Below, in pieces: positions 10,898-20,345 of a stretch of 64,000 bases of DNA. The position numbers and the translations under genes are program-made. Each line of letters starts with the position of its first letter. Position 1 is the first letter of the stretch. The stretch is from contig OZ244653.1 in NCBI GenBank assembly GCA_965218795.1, positions 4,160,001 through 4,224,000 of the forward strand, read 5' to 3'. This DNA is from a bacterium. Lineage in GTDB: Bacteria > UBA8248 > JACPRG01 > G963555815. The notes under the pieces are model-generated. The model was not told where the DNA came from and ran no database searches. It worked only from the letters and a program-made list of their open reading frames with translations.

Positions 10898-11014
10898 ATG
10901 ATCGACTCGAAGAACGAAATTCGTGACGGCATGCGGATTGATTGGGACGCCCCCGTCGAGATGGACGACGGTGTCGTCATGCGGACCGATTCGTTGCGTC
11001 TCTCCATGAAGTGA
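10898..11014 (+). pseudogene. N-terminal remnant of a CocE/NonD-family hydrolase
   Basis: GGAGG RBS then MIDSKNEIRDGMRIDWDAPVEMDDGVVMRTD; similarity ends and the frame stops after 38 codons. Confidence 0.6.
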
Positions 11015-11237
11015 ATATAGAGTGAACAAAATTATTGGGCAAGCCCACACCGAGCAAAGCAATAGGCCAGTGTCCTTATCGGGTATAGAGCACAACATAT
11101 CGCGAAATTAATGCCTTGAACTACAGCAACTCGGGCACCATATAGCATTTCGCTGCGCGCCAAATCAGGCGGTCGGCCATGTTTGCGAGGAGGGTAGGGT
11201 CTTTTCTCGTTTTCCGAAAACTGATGGAGAAAGGCAA

Positions 11238-11528
11238 ATGCCTGAAAGTCGATCTCACAAGACCACCGCGAATCGGCTGGCTGATATGTACAACACAGAA
11301 TACAACCAAGGACAGGGACCCGACATCAAGACCCAGAACATCACGATCGAAGTCGAGACGCCCGAGAGCGTCGCTGACGCCGGTCGCCAACTCGGTGGGC
11401 ACCGGGGACCAGTCTATGTGGCTGGAACCAATAAGGAGGCGGTTGAAAGTGCTCTTGAGCGTTATGGCGACTCCACCATTGGCGTGATGGACAATCAAGG
11501 AAAAATCATCAAGCCTTCGTCACGATAG
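11238..11528 (+). CDS. Small hypothetical protein with PD-(D/E)xK-like motif
   Basis: 96 aa with upstream GGAG/AAGG; GPDIK...IEVET pattern. Confidence 0.7.
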   Translation: MPESRSHKTTANRLADMYNTEYNQGQGPDIKTQNITIEVETPESVADAGRQLGGHRGPVYVAGTNKEAVESALERYGDSTIGVMDNQGKIIKPSSR

Positions 11529-11757
11529 CTGCCCATCAAGAAATGTGTGGGACTTCCGATCAAACACTGACGACCGACAAGCACGGTTCGCTGAAAGACT
11601 CCGGGATATTATTGAAATAACGGAGATTTTCTGGTTGAGGGGGCACGTATAGGCCGAGACCGACATCTAATCTCAGTCTCAATATGATTGCTGGGCGCAT
11701 CTCGTATGGCGGAGTAACGGATTGCGGCGCTTGGCCGATTTCAAGGGACCATTCGTG

Positions 11758-13607
11758 ATGAAGAGAATCCTTGGAGATGCCAAATCAGTTTGCTCCCTTC
11801 TCAGCCAGAAGTACCGGATCGGCTATTACCAGCGGGACTACAAGTGGGAGCCGAAACAGATCAGGGAACTGGTCGAGGACCTGACGACCCGCTTCCTCCA
11901 GGACTTCGAGCCGCACCACGAACGCAGCGCCGTGGCCCAGTACGGGCAATACTTACTCGGCTCGATTATCATCTCCGAGAAGAACGGCGAGCGGTTCATC
12001 GTGGACGGTCAGCAGCGCCTGACCTCACTCACTCTGCTGCTCGTCTATCTCGACCGGCTCCAGCGGGATCGGGCCTCCGATGATCAGGTCGATGTAGCCA
12101 ACCTCATCTACTCGACCAAATTCGGGAAGAAGTCCTTCAACCTCGACGTGGACGAACGGAACGCCTGCCTCCAAGCACTGATTGACAGCGAGATCCCGGA
12201 TCCGACCGACCAGCCACCTTCGGTCCAGAATCTGATCAATCGGTTCAACGACATCGCGGACATCTGCCCGAATGAACTCCGAGAGGAAGCGCTGCCCTAC
12301 TTCCTCGACTGGCTGACCGAAAACGTCATGCTGGTGGAGATTACGGCGTTCTCGGACGACGACGCCTATACGATCTTCGAGACGATGAACGACCGGGGTC
12401 TGTCACTTACGCCCACCGACATGCTGAAGGGCTACCTCCTTGCCAGCATCACGGACAACGAGAGTCGCGCGCCCAGGCCGAAGACGCCTGGAAGCACCAG
12501 ATGGCCAAGCTGCGCGACCTCGGCAAGGACGAGGACGCCGACTGCATCAAGGCTTGGCTCCGCAGCCAATATGCCGACAAGATCAGGGAACGAAAGGCAG
12601 GCGCACAACCCGAAGACTTTGACAAGCAGGGCACCGAATTCCACCGCTGGGTGCGCGAGAACCGCCACCGGATCGGCCTCTCCGACAGCGCGGGTTTCAC
12701 GTCATTTGTCACGAAACATTTTCGGTTCCACGTCCGAGCTTACGCCAAGGCCCGATACGCCGCCGACAACTACACCGATAGGCTCACCTCGATCTTCTTC
12801 AACGCCCAGAACAGCTTCACCCTGCAATATCCGCTGATGCTCGCTCCTCTGCGGTTTAGCGACGATGAAGAGACGGTGCAGCGCAAGATGCACCTCGTTC
12901 GACCTTCATCGAGATCATGCTGGCCCGGCGCATGTGGAACTTCAAGGCCATCGACCATTCCACCATGCAGTATCGCGCGTTCCTGATCATGAAGGGTATC
13001 CGGGGGCTGGAGCTTGAGGCGCTTCGCGATGATCTCGCTCGCCGTCTGTCGCCAGAGGGGGCGGAGCGGGACGACTATATCGACTTCCAGACCGGGGAGG
13101 CCTTCCGACTGCACGGCACCAACGGGCCCCAGGTCCATCGCCAGCTCGCCCGGCTGACGGAGTTCCTGGAGGTCCAGTCGGGCGAGGCACCGCGGTATCC
13201 GGAATACGCCAACCGCTCCTCTCGCAAGGGCGGCTATCAGATCGAGCACATTTTGGCAGACCACCCGGAGTGGCATGAGGACGAGTTCACCCACCCGGCG
13301 GATTTCGCCGCCTACCGCAACCGGGTCGGCGGGCTGGTGCTGCTCCCCGCTGGGGAGAACGCCAGCTATTCCGACATGATATATACCAAGAAGGTCACCC
13401 ACTACGCCAAGCAGAACCTCTTGGCCTGCTCGCTCCACCCCATCGCCTATGAGAACAAGCCTGGCTTCCAGAAGTTTCGCGAGGCAACGGGAGCTACCCT
13501 TCAAGGCCAAGACGGACTTCCTCAAGGCCGACCTGGACGAGCGTCAGGCGCTCTACATCGCGCTGGCTGACCTCTGCTGGTCGCCCGACCGGCTGAACGA
13601 GATTTGA
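11758..13607 (+). pseudogene. GmrSD-type (DUF262 + DUF1524/HNH) type IV restriction endonuclease, frameshifted
   Basis: YQRDYKW, VDGQQRLT, FETMNDRG (DUF262); IEHILA...NRVGGLVLL (DUF1524); frame breaks near 12470, 12900 and 13492; corrected frame ends ...WSPDRLNEI* at 13607. Confidence 0.85.
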
Positions 13608-13789
13608 GGGTGGCAGCGGCGGGCCTCAGTAAGGATAGGTGGAAAGAGCAGGTCGGCGAACTGCTTGCGGAAAATTCGTAGTTCGCTTCCATCCGCCCGA
13701 TGGACCTGGTTTCCGCGGCCGCAGGATACGGCCCCATGCCTCTTCAAGCCTTCCAAAAGTCAATCATCAAGTAGGCTGTCCCGAGAATC

Positions 13790-13850
13790 CAGGGATGAGC
13801 GTCGCCCTGATCGGCCGTCTGCTCGGCCGCCGCCGGCATCAAGCACGGTC
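13790..13850 (+). mobile_element. Degenerate tyrosine-integrase box II remnant
   Basis: Translates LIGRLLGRRRHQ; 32/38 nt identical to the integrase remnant at 24936-24973 (minus strand). Confidence 0.55.
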
Positions 13851-14160
13851 CATGCGCGCCCCTTGCAACCCCCTTGCAAGGGCTTTTCATGGGCATTTCC
13901 AGGCCGTTTAGAAATCATTCCGATCCCATTCTCAATGATTCGAGCTCCGTTGCAGCGAAGCCCCCCGAGCGGAGATCGGGGTGGATCGACGCGCCTGGTA
14001 GAAAAGCGCACCGGGGCTCAACAGGCCGCCTGCGCGGGAGCACGTGGTCATACGTCACCGTCATTCCGGCCGGGAGGACTGGGGACCGCTCCCATACGCA
14101 ATCGATGAGGCCGTGATCGGAATCCGCCGCGTTCGGATCGCTCTACGATCATCCAATGGT

Positions 14161-15048
14161 TCAGATTCCAAGAGTTTGCGCGGGATTCTCGACCATCATG
14201 GTCCGGAGTTCCTCCCGGCTGACCCCCTTCTCATAGAAGCACTGCGCAAGGACGCGGAGGCAGTCCGGCGGCATCGGGTTGTGACGCGGTCCGGTGTCCG
14301 AGATCATGATGAAGTGCCCGGCCCCGATCTCTTCCACCGCCTGACGCATCAACGCCAGGGATTGCCCCTCCCACGCCCAGAAGGGCGAGATGTTGCCGTA
14401 CTCCAACTCGCCGACGGCCCCCAGCGACGTCAGTTTCCTGACCTGATCGATGGACATGTGCGGGATCCTGAAAAAGGGGTGCTGGATGATGACCCGCCGC
14501 ACCCCGCGCTCCAACGCCGCGCGCACGAGGAGGTCGGAGTCCCCCGCCCCGAGATGCCCCGTCGCCAGGGCGGCCCGGTCGTCCAGGGCCAGGACATCCA
14601 GCACGTCCTGGCAGTCCTGCGTCAGCTTCCCGTCCTTCACGATCGAGATGGGCTCGACGCCCTTCGAGCCGCTCTTCTGCGTATCGTACCCGCCGGTGGA
14701 ACCGAAGACCCGGGCGTGCTCGTCCGCGTCCACCGTGGGCATCCAGACGGTCTTGGCGCCAAGGCGCACCGACGTCTCCACGGCGGACGGGTTGATGCCG
14801 CCGGCGTGCCGGTTGAGGACGATCCCCCCGTACACGTCGATATCGTCGAATTGCCGGCTCACGTCGTAGGCGCGCCCGACGGTCGACTCGAAGTGGCACT
14901 TGATGACGACGGCCCGCATCCCCAGCTCCCGCGCGCGCTCGGCCAGCCCCCGGTCGTCTGTGATCCGCGGAAACAGGTCGGGGTAGGGGTGGCAGTGCAG
15001 ATCGATGGCCCCTTCCATGGTGACGAGATCGGGGATCATCCGTTTCAT
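14161..15048 (-). CDS. DUF6282-like metal-dependent TIM-barrel hydrolase
   Basis: AIDLHCHPYPD, IKCH, GGINP, VWMPT, ATGH, SDTG; ATG at 15048. Confidence 0.8.
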   Translation of the reverse strand: MKRMIPDLVTMEGAIDLHCHPYPDLFPRITDDRGLAERARELGMRAVVIKCHFESTVGRAYDVSRQFDDIDVYGGIVLNRHAGGINPSAVETSVRLGAKTVWMPTVDADEHARVFGSTGGYDTQKSGSKGVEPISIVKDGKLTQDCQDVLDVLALDDRAALATGHLGAGDSDLLVRAALERGVRRVIIQHPFFRIPHMSIDQVRKLTSLGAVGELEYGNISPFWAWEGQSLALMRQAVEEIGAGHFIMISDTGPRHNPMPPDCLRVLAQCFYEKGVSREELRTMMVENPAQTLGI

Positions 15049-15064
15049 GTTTTCTGTGGATCCG

Positions 15065-15691
15065 CTAGGGAGCCACCCTTCGCCCTTCATCAAACCGCGA
15101 AGGAACGTAGGCCGGGGCGTCCACGGCATCCATGAACCGCTGCTTGATGACGATCGGATTGAACGGGAAAGGGGGGACGACGATTTGGGGGTCGGGCTCC
15201 ATGGCCAGGGCGAGGAGAGCGGGCCCCTCCCCATCGAACGCGCCGGGAAATGCCTTCTTGAAATCAGCCGCTGTGGCGACGCTTTCGGCAGCCCGAAATC
15301 CCGCCATCCGGGCGATGCCGGCCAGATCCAGTTGCTGGTGGGTCAGCGGCTGGCCGCCGGAGGAGGCGTAGACATGGTTGCGGGCGACGAGGACGATTAA
15401 ATTTTCGGGCGCTACGGCGCCGGCCGTCACAAGGGCGCCGAGGTGCATCAACAGCCCGCCATCGCCCTCTGCGCACACGACTTTCCGTTCCGGTAGGGCG
15501 GCGGCCACCCCCAACGCAAGCGGAAGGGCGAGCCCCATGCAGTCCTCGATGTAGAAATTCTCGGGCCGGTCCCGCAGGGAGGCCCATAGGTAGGAGGCGT
15601 TGCCGAGGGAGGTCACGACCAGGGTCTCCGCCGGCAGGTTGTCCGCCAGAATCCGGTAATATTCCTCCCGTGTGGGGGCCGGAGCGCTCAC
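15065..15691 (-). CDS. TPP-dependent decarboxylase beta subunit (ComE / phosphonopyruvate decarboxylase-like)
   Basis: MGLALPLALG, EGDGGLLM...N TPP motif, YASSGGQP. Confidence 0.85.
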   Translation of the reverse strand: MSAPAPTREEYYRILADNLPAETLVVTSLGNASYLWASLRDRPENFYIEDCMGLALPLALGVAAALPERKVVCAEGDGGLLMHLGALVTAGAVAPENLIVLVARNHVYASSGGQPLTHQQLDLAGIARMAGFRAAESVATAADFKKAFPGAFDGEGPALLALAMEPDPQIVVPPFPFNPIVIKQRFMDAVDAPAYVPSRFDEGRRVAP

Positions 15692-16203
15692 CAGGCGATA
15701 TCCTCCTTGGTCAGCAGCAGGACGAACGGAGAGGAGGACTCTTCCGCGTTGAGTGCCGCCTGCTCCACCTGCGGTCCGAGGGGTTCGGCGGGGTCGGCGA
15801 CGGCGTACCGGATGCCGTAGCCCTGCATGACAGGTTCGGTCACACGACCCTTGGGGATGTGGTAGACGATGGGGTCCTTCGTCGAACCCCGGTACGAAGC
15901 CAGGATCAGGATGGGAAACTGATACCGCTGGGCGAGCGACACCATGCCCGCCCCCATGGTCAAGAGTCCGACGTTTTGAATCAGGAGGACCGTCCGGGCT
16001 CCCGCGAGACGCGAGCCGCAGGCGATCGCCAGCGCCTCTTCCTCATGCGTTGCCCGGATGAGCTTCATCTCCGGCGCGGCTTCGATCTCCCGCATGATCC
16101 CCCCGAGCCAACTGTCGGGTATCGACACCGCCATGCGGAAGCCGAGCTTCTTCAGGGTCTCGAGCGCCTCGCCGGGGCGGTGACTTCCGTTGATTTTCTT
16201 CAC
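15688..16203 (-). CDS. TPP-dependent decarboxylase alpha subunit (ComD-like)
   Basis: SIPDS, THEEEALAIACG, IQNVGL, SYRG; 4-bp overlap with the beta subunit. Confidence 0.85.
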   Translation of the reverse strand: MKKINGSHRPGEALETLKKLGFRMAVSIPDSWLGGIMREIEAAPEMKLIRATHEEEALAIACGSRLAGARTVLLIQNVGLLTMGAGMVSLAQRYQFPILILASYRGSTKDPIVYHIPKGRVTEPVMQGYGIRYAVADPAEPLGPQVEQAALNAEESSSPFVLLLTKEDIAW

Positions 16204-16555
16204 CTGGATACCTCCGAAAGGCGGTCAGGAAGAAAGGCTTGCCCCGCATGCCCGAAGGTCCGACATCCTCACGGTTGAAATTCAGAGCAATTGCGCCGCT
16301 GACAAGGAATCATAAGTCAATGGCGTCTTGAGAACCAAGGGGCCTTTTGGGGCACTGGCGTCCCGGCCATTTGGCGGTTGAGGGACCCTGCCTCATTCAA
16401 TTCATCGTGGTGCACGGCTTTCGATAGCTTTCTTGGCAGGCAGGCCGGTGCAGAAACCCGGCACAGCCTCCCCCCCGGATCCGCCGGAAAACTTTCGTTT
16501 CGCAATAGAGGGGACCGCCGTAGGCGGTCCCCTCATATTGCCACCAGAGCACGCG

Positions 16556-17185
16556 CTAGAATCCGACCAGGTAGTGGTTGATCAGCTTGACGTACTCGTA
16601 AAAGACCTGCTTGCTCTGATAACGGTTCCGCCACCAGGACCTTTTGAAGAAGGGATCATGGCGGCTCGGATGGACGGCAACCCGGACCCCCTGACCGTTC
16701 AAGGAGCGAAAGATCAATCGGGTTCGGGTGGAATGGTATCCGGACGTTACGACGATGACCGAACGCAAATTTCTCTTTTGAAGAAACGCCAAGACGGCCT
16801 CCGCCTCGCTCTTTGTCGAGTTCGTCTCGGGGAGGGCCACAATGGCATCGGCGGGAACCCCCTGATGGACGGCAATCCGCCGGTTCACTTCAAGGCTCGT
16901 GTGGTAGGTCACGCCCAGTGACTTCATCAAATCCTGATGTTTCCCTTCCTCGTACGTTCCGGTGAGGAGGATGCGGGGAGCGAATTGCTTCTGATAAAGG
17001 TCTACGGCTCCCAGTATGCGGTACGGCGAGTTCCCCGAGAGGACGGCGATGGCGTCGGCCTGGATCAACGGATCCTCGGAGACCAGGAACCCGCCGACTT
17101 TCATCAAAACCCATTCCCGCCGGGCATACCCGAGGCCGGCAAGGAGGGCTGCTGAAAAGACAAAGATGACGGCGATCTTCTTCAT
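16556..17185 (-). CDS. YdcF/DUF218 family membrane-anchored protein
   Basis: N-terminal TM; ADAIAVLSG, STKSEA, VVTSGYHSTR, YEYVKL. Confidence 0.85.
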   Translation of the reverse strand: MKKIAVIFVFSAALLAGLGYARREWVLMKVGGFLVSEDPLIQADAIAVLSGNSPYRILGAVDLYQKQFAPRILLTGTYEEGKHQDLMKSLGVTYHTSLEVNRRIAVHQGVPADAIVALPETNSTKSEAEAVLAFLQKRNLRSVIVVTSGYHSTRTRLIFRSLNGQGVRVAVHPSRHDPFFKRSWWRNRYQSKQVFYEYVKLINHYLVGF

Positions 17186-17240
17186 GACGCCCGGCTCGGT
17201 ATAGGAATCCTGAAAACACCCATTCTCTCGATCCGTCCGC

Positions 17241-18416
17241 TCATGAGCGGGACTGCAATATCGTCTTCGCCAGTTCCAGGAGCATCATGTCGTTTCCCTG
17301 CGCCGATACGATAGAGATCCCCAGCGGCGCCCCCTCCGCCTCTGTGAGGGGCAGGTTCACCTGAGGGAGCCGGGCCAGTCCCGCGGGGCAGGTCAGGCTG
17401 AGCGTCCGGAACCGGAAGCTTTCAACATTTTCGGGCGGCGTGTTCAGGAAGGGGGCCGGCCCCGGCGCCGTCGGCCAGATGAGCACCTTCCCCCCGGACA
17501 ACAACGACTCCATTTTCTCCGTGGCCTGGTTGCGGATTTCCTCCATCGCTTCCACTTGATCCGGCGTGATCTGCGATGTCGCCTCGAAGCGCTCTTTGAT
17601 CAAGGGGCCAAAGTTCGGACGGGTGTTCGTGATCCAATCGCCATGAAGATTCCAGATCTGGGCCGCGCCCAGCGTGAAGAAGGCTGTCCGCCACGCTTCG
17701 AGTTGACCCGCAAGCTCGACCCGTTCCGGCTCGCCGAGATCCCGCTTGAGGTCTTCGAGCGCGCCGTCGGCCGCCTCTTGAGCGGGCGGATCGAGCAGCC
17801 GGAAGGCATCGTCGGCGATCAGGAAACCGCCCGGCCCGCCCGAATGCGCGGATTCGCCGAGCAGGACTTCGCCCACCCGTTCGAAGATCTCCGGATCATC
17901 CGCAAACCAACCGGCCGTGTCGAAGCTCGGCGCCATCGGCCAGCAATGATCCAGGGGGATCCTGCCATGCGTCGGGCGGATGCCCAACACGCCGCAAAAG
18001 GCCGCGGGCACGCGGACGGAGCCGCCGGTGTCGGAGCCGACGGCGAAATCGACGATCCGCCCTGCCACTGCGGAGGCCGACCCGCTGGAAGAACCGCCGG
18101 GCACCCGATCCGGCGCTTTGGGGTTCACGGGCGTGCCGTAATGGAAGTTCTCACCAAACAGGCTGTAGGCGAGTTCGTCCGTATGGGTCTTGCCCACCAT
18201 GTCCGCGCCGGCCTCGAGGAGCCGGGTCACGGCCGGAGAGGTGGTTTGCGCCGGACCGTGCGTCTCCAGCCAATCGGGGCTCCCGCACCCCGTGACGTGC
18301 CCCGCAATGTCGAACAGGTCCTTCACGGCGAAGCTCAGGCCGGAGAGGGGTCCGTCCGTCCGACCGAAAAGTTTGGCTTCCTCGCGATCGATGAAGGCGC
18401 CTAGAGGGTCGTTCAT
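17241..18416 (-). CDS. Amidase (amidase-signature family)
   Basis: AVKDLFD, PGGSSSGSA, GSDTGGSVRVPA; ATG at 18416 with AGGAG RBS. Confidence 0.92.
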   Translation of the reverse strand: MNDPLGAFIDREEAKLFGRTDGPLSGLSFAVKDLFDIAGHVTGCGSPDWLETHGPAQTTSPAVTRLLEAGADMVGKTHTDELAYSLFGENFHYGTPVNPKAPDRVPGGSSSGSASAVAGRIVDFAVGSDTGGSVRVPAAFCGVLGIRPTHGRIPLDHCWPMAPSFDTAGWFADDPEIFERVGEVLLGESAHSGGPGGFLIADDAFRLLDPPAQEAADGALEDLKRDLGEPERVELAGQLEAWRTAFFTLGAAQIWNLHGDWITNTRPNFGPLIKERFEATSQITPDQVEAMEEIRNQATEKMESLLSGGKVLIWPTAPGPAPFLNTPPENVESFRFRTLSLTCPAGLARLPQVNLPLTEAEGAPLGISIVSAQGNDMMLLELAKTILQSRS

Positions 18417-18460
18417 GGTTCTCCTTTCCCTTCGCCCCGGGTTCGTGGTCCCGCCGAGAA

Positions 18461-19243
18461 TCAATAAGTGACCGCCAGGGCCTCCAGCAGTCGCTCCGCC
18501 TCTTTCCAGGTCTTTCGGCCGGTCGTCTGAAGGATGAGCGCCTCCCCTTCTCCCGTCACCTCCGCGCGGCTCTGGGAACCTTCGACCAGATCGGCGATGC
18601 CCCGCTTGATCATAATCGTCCAGGGAACGGCCTCTTCCGGGACAAAACGGTACGCGCCGTCGGGCACGGCGGCCGCGGGGCGGTGGTTCAGGAAACGGAC
18701 GTGCATGAACGGCAGTGCCCGCAGAAGGGGCGTGAGGAGGTTATTCCGGAGGCTCGCCTTCGAATCATCGACAATCCGGATGTCCCAATCGTGGATGGCC
18801 AGCTCGAACAGGCGCATGCCGGCGAAATGACCGACGGGCAGGTGCCCCATGGGGTGCCACGCTGGGAAATGGAGATCCTCCAGCCGAAGCGAGGAGACCG
18901 TCCGCTGGAAACGATGATACTCGATCTCGAATTCATCGACGAGGTGGTCCGCGGGCAGGCCGAGCATCCGATCTATCTCGCCCATGCGGATTTTGTTGAA
19001 TCCCTCGCGGTCCGTCGCGCCGAAGGGGGGATGTGGATGGCTCTGAACGCCTGAGCTGACCACCTTGTCGTAGAAGGTCGTGCCGAAGGTGGAATGGGCC
19101 ACGATGTGTTTTCGCGTCCAACCCTCGCAAAAGGTCGGCTGATTCCACTCGTCGAGGCTCCAGGATCGAAACCAGGACGCCTGCCGCTCCACTTCCTCCC
19201 CCATGAAGGCGATGGGTTCCATCAGAATGCTGAGATCCTTCAT
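18461..19243 (-). CDS. Maleylpyruvate isomerase N-terminal (MDMPI/DinB-like) family protein
   Basis: W..PTFCEGWT..HIVAH and RLFELAIHDWDI motifs. Confidence 0.75.
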   Translation of the reverse strand: MKDLSILMEPIAFMGEEVERQASWFRSWSLDEWNQPTFCEGWTRKHIVAHSTFGTTFYDKVVSSGVQSHPHPPFGATDREGFNKIRMGEIDRMLGLPADHLVDEFEIEYHRFQRTVSSLRLEDLHFPAWHPMGHLPVGHFAGMRLFELAIHDWDIRIVDDSKASLRNNLLTPLLRALPFMHVRFLNHRPAAAVPDGAYRFVPEEAVPWTIMIKRGIADLVEGSQSRAEVTGEGEALILQTTGRKTWKEAERLLEALAVTY

Positions 19244-19329
19244 CTTTCCTTCCTTCTTTCAAGTTCTGAATGAGGCCGGAGCGGGAACCATTTCCGATCC
19301 TACCCTGACCCGCGCGGTCATGCCCCCTT

Positions 19330-20241
19330 TTATCCCGGACCGCTGACTCGGTCGAGGGCGGCGACCTCATCCTCCGTTAACTCCAGGTTCCCCGCTTCCA
19401 GGCTTTGGCGCAGTTGTTCGATGGAATTGTCCCCGTCACCCCGCGGCGGCTCAACAGCAACGCGAGCGATACGGCGGTCGTCGAAACTCCCCGGTCGGCC
19501 GCGTTTTTGCCGGCTTTCTCGACGATGGCGAAGCCACGGTCATTGTCGTATCGGGTTCGAATGTCCGTCATCCGGTCCGAGAGGAGCGGCTCTTCACCCC
19601 GCCTGTATTTTCCCGTCAGACCCCCCGGCCAACGGCGAATAGGGGATCACACCGACGGCTTCCCGCCCGCCCGGCGAGGTTGTCGTAAGGCGGGAGAGAT
19701 TCGTGCCGTGTCCACCCCCTGTCCCTGCTGATCCCCAGGCAAAACCGCAACTCTCCGGCCGAATCGTTGGAGCATCCGATGTGGCGAACTTTCCCCTGCC
19801 GGACCAACTCGTCCAGGACCTCGAGCGTTTCCTCTTCCGGCGTGTTCGATCGAGCCGGTGGGTCTGGTACAAGTCGATGGTGTCCGTTTGCAGCCGGCGG
19901 TGGCTGTCCTCGACGGCCCGCAGGATGTGCGTCCGGCTCAGCCCCTCTCCGTCCGGACCCTCCCACATCCGCCCGCGAACTTTCGTGGCCAGGAAGAAAC
20001 GGTCGCGATGGTTCCGTGCGGCGACCCACCGACCGATGATTTCCTCGGTTTTTCCCGCATGGCTTTTTCCCGACCAGAAGCTGTCAATGTCCGCAGTGTC
20101 CAAGAAATTTCCCCCGGCCTCCGGGCAGGCGTCCATCATCCTGAACGAGTCGGCCTCGTCCGCCGTCCAGCCGAACTGCATCGTTCCCAGGGCGATTACC
20201 GGAACCTCCAGCCCCGTTCGGCCCGGCTTGCGGTATCACAT
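19330..20241 (-). pseudogene. Aldo/keto reductase pseudogene
   Basis: ATG then TGA at codon 2; [39 protein letters not shown] and SIEQLRQSL spread over several frames. Confidence 0.85.
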
Positions 20242-20345
20242 GAACCCTCCGTCTCCCCGCATCCCGAAATCGGTGCTATTCTGAGACTCTCAACGGAACA
20301 TCCGAAACATTGAAGCGATTGAGCGCGGCGGATGGAGATCCCTTC

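Noticed and set aside
20236-20241. TGA at codon 2 of the aldo/keto reductase as possible selenocysteine
   Set aside because: Not a Cys position, and the gene has multiple other lesions.
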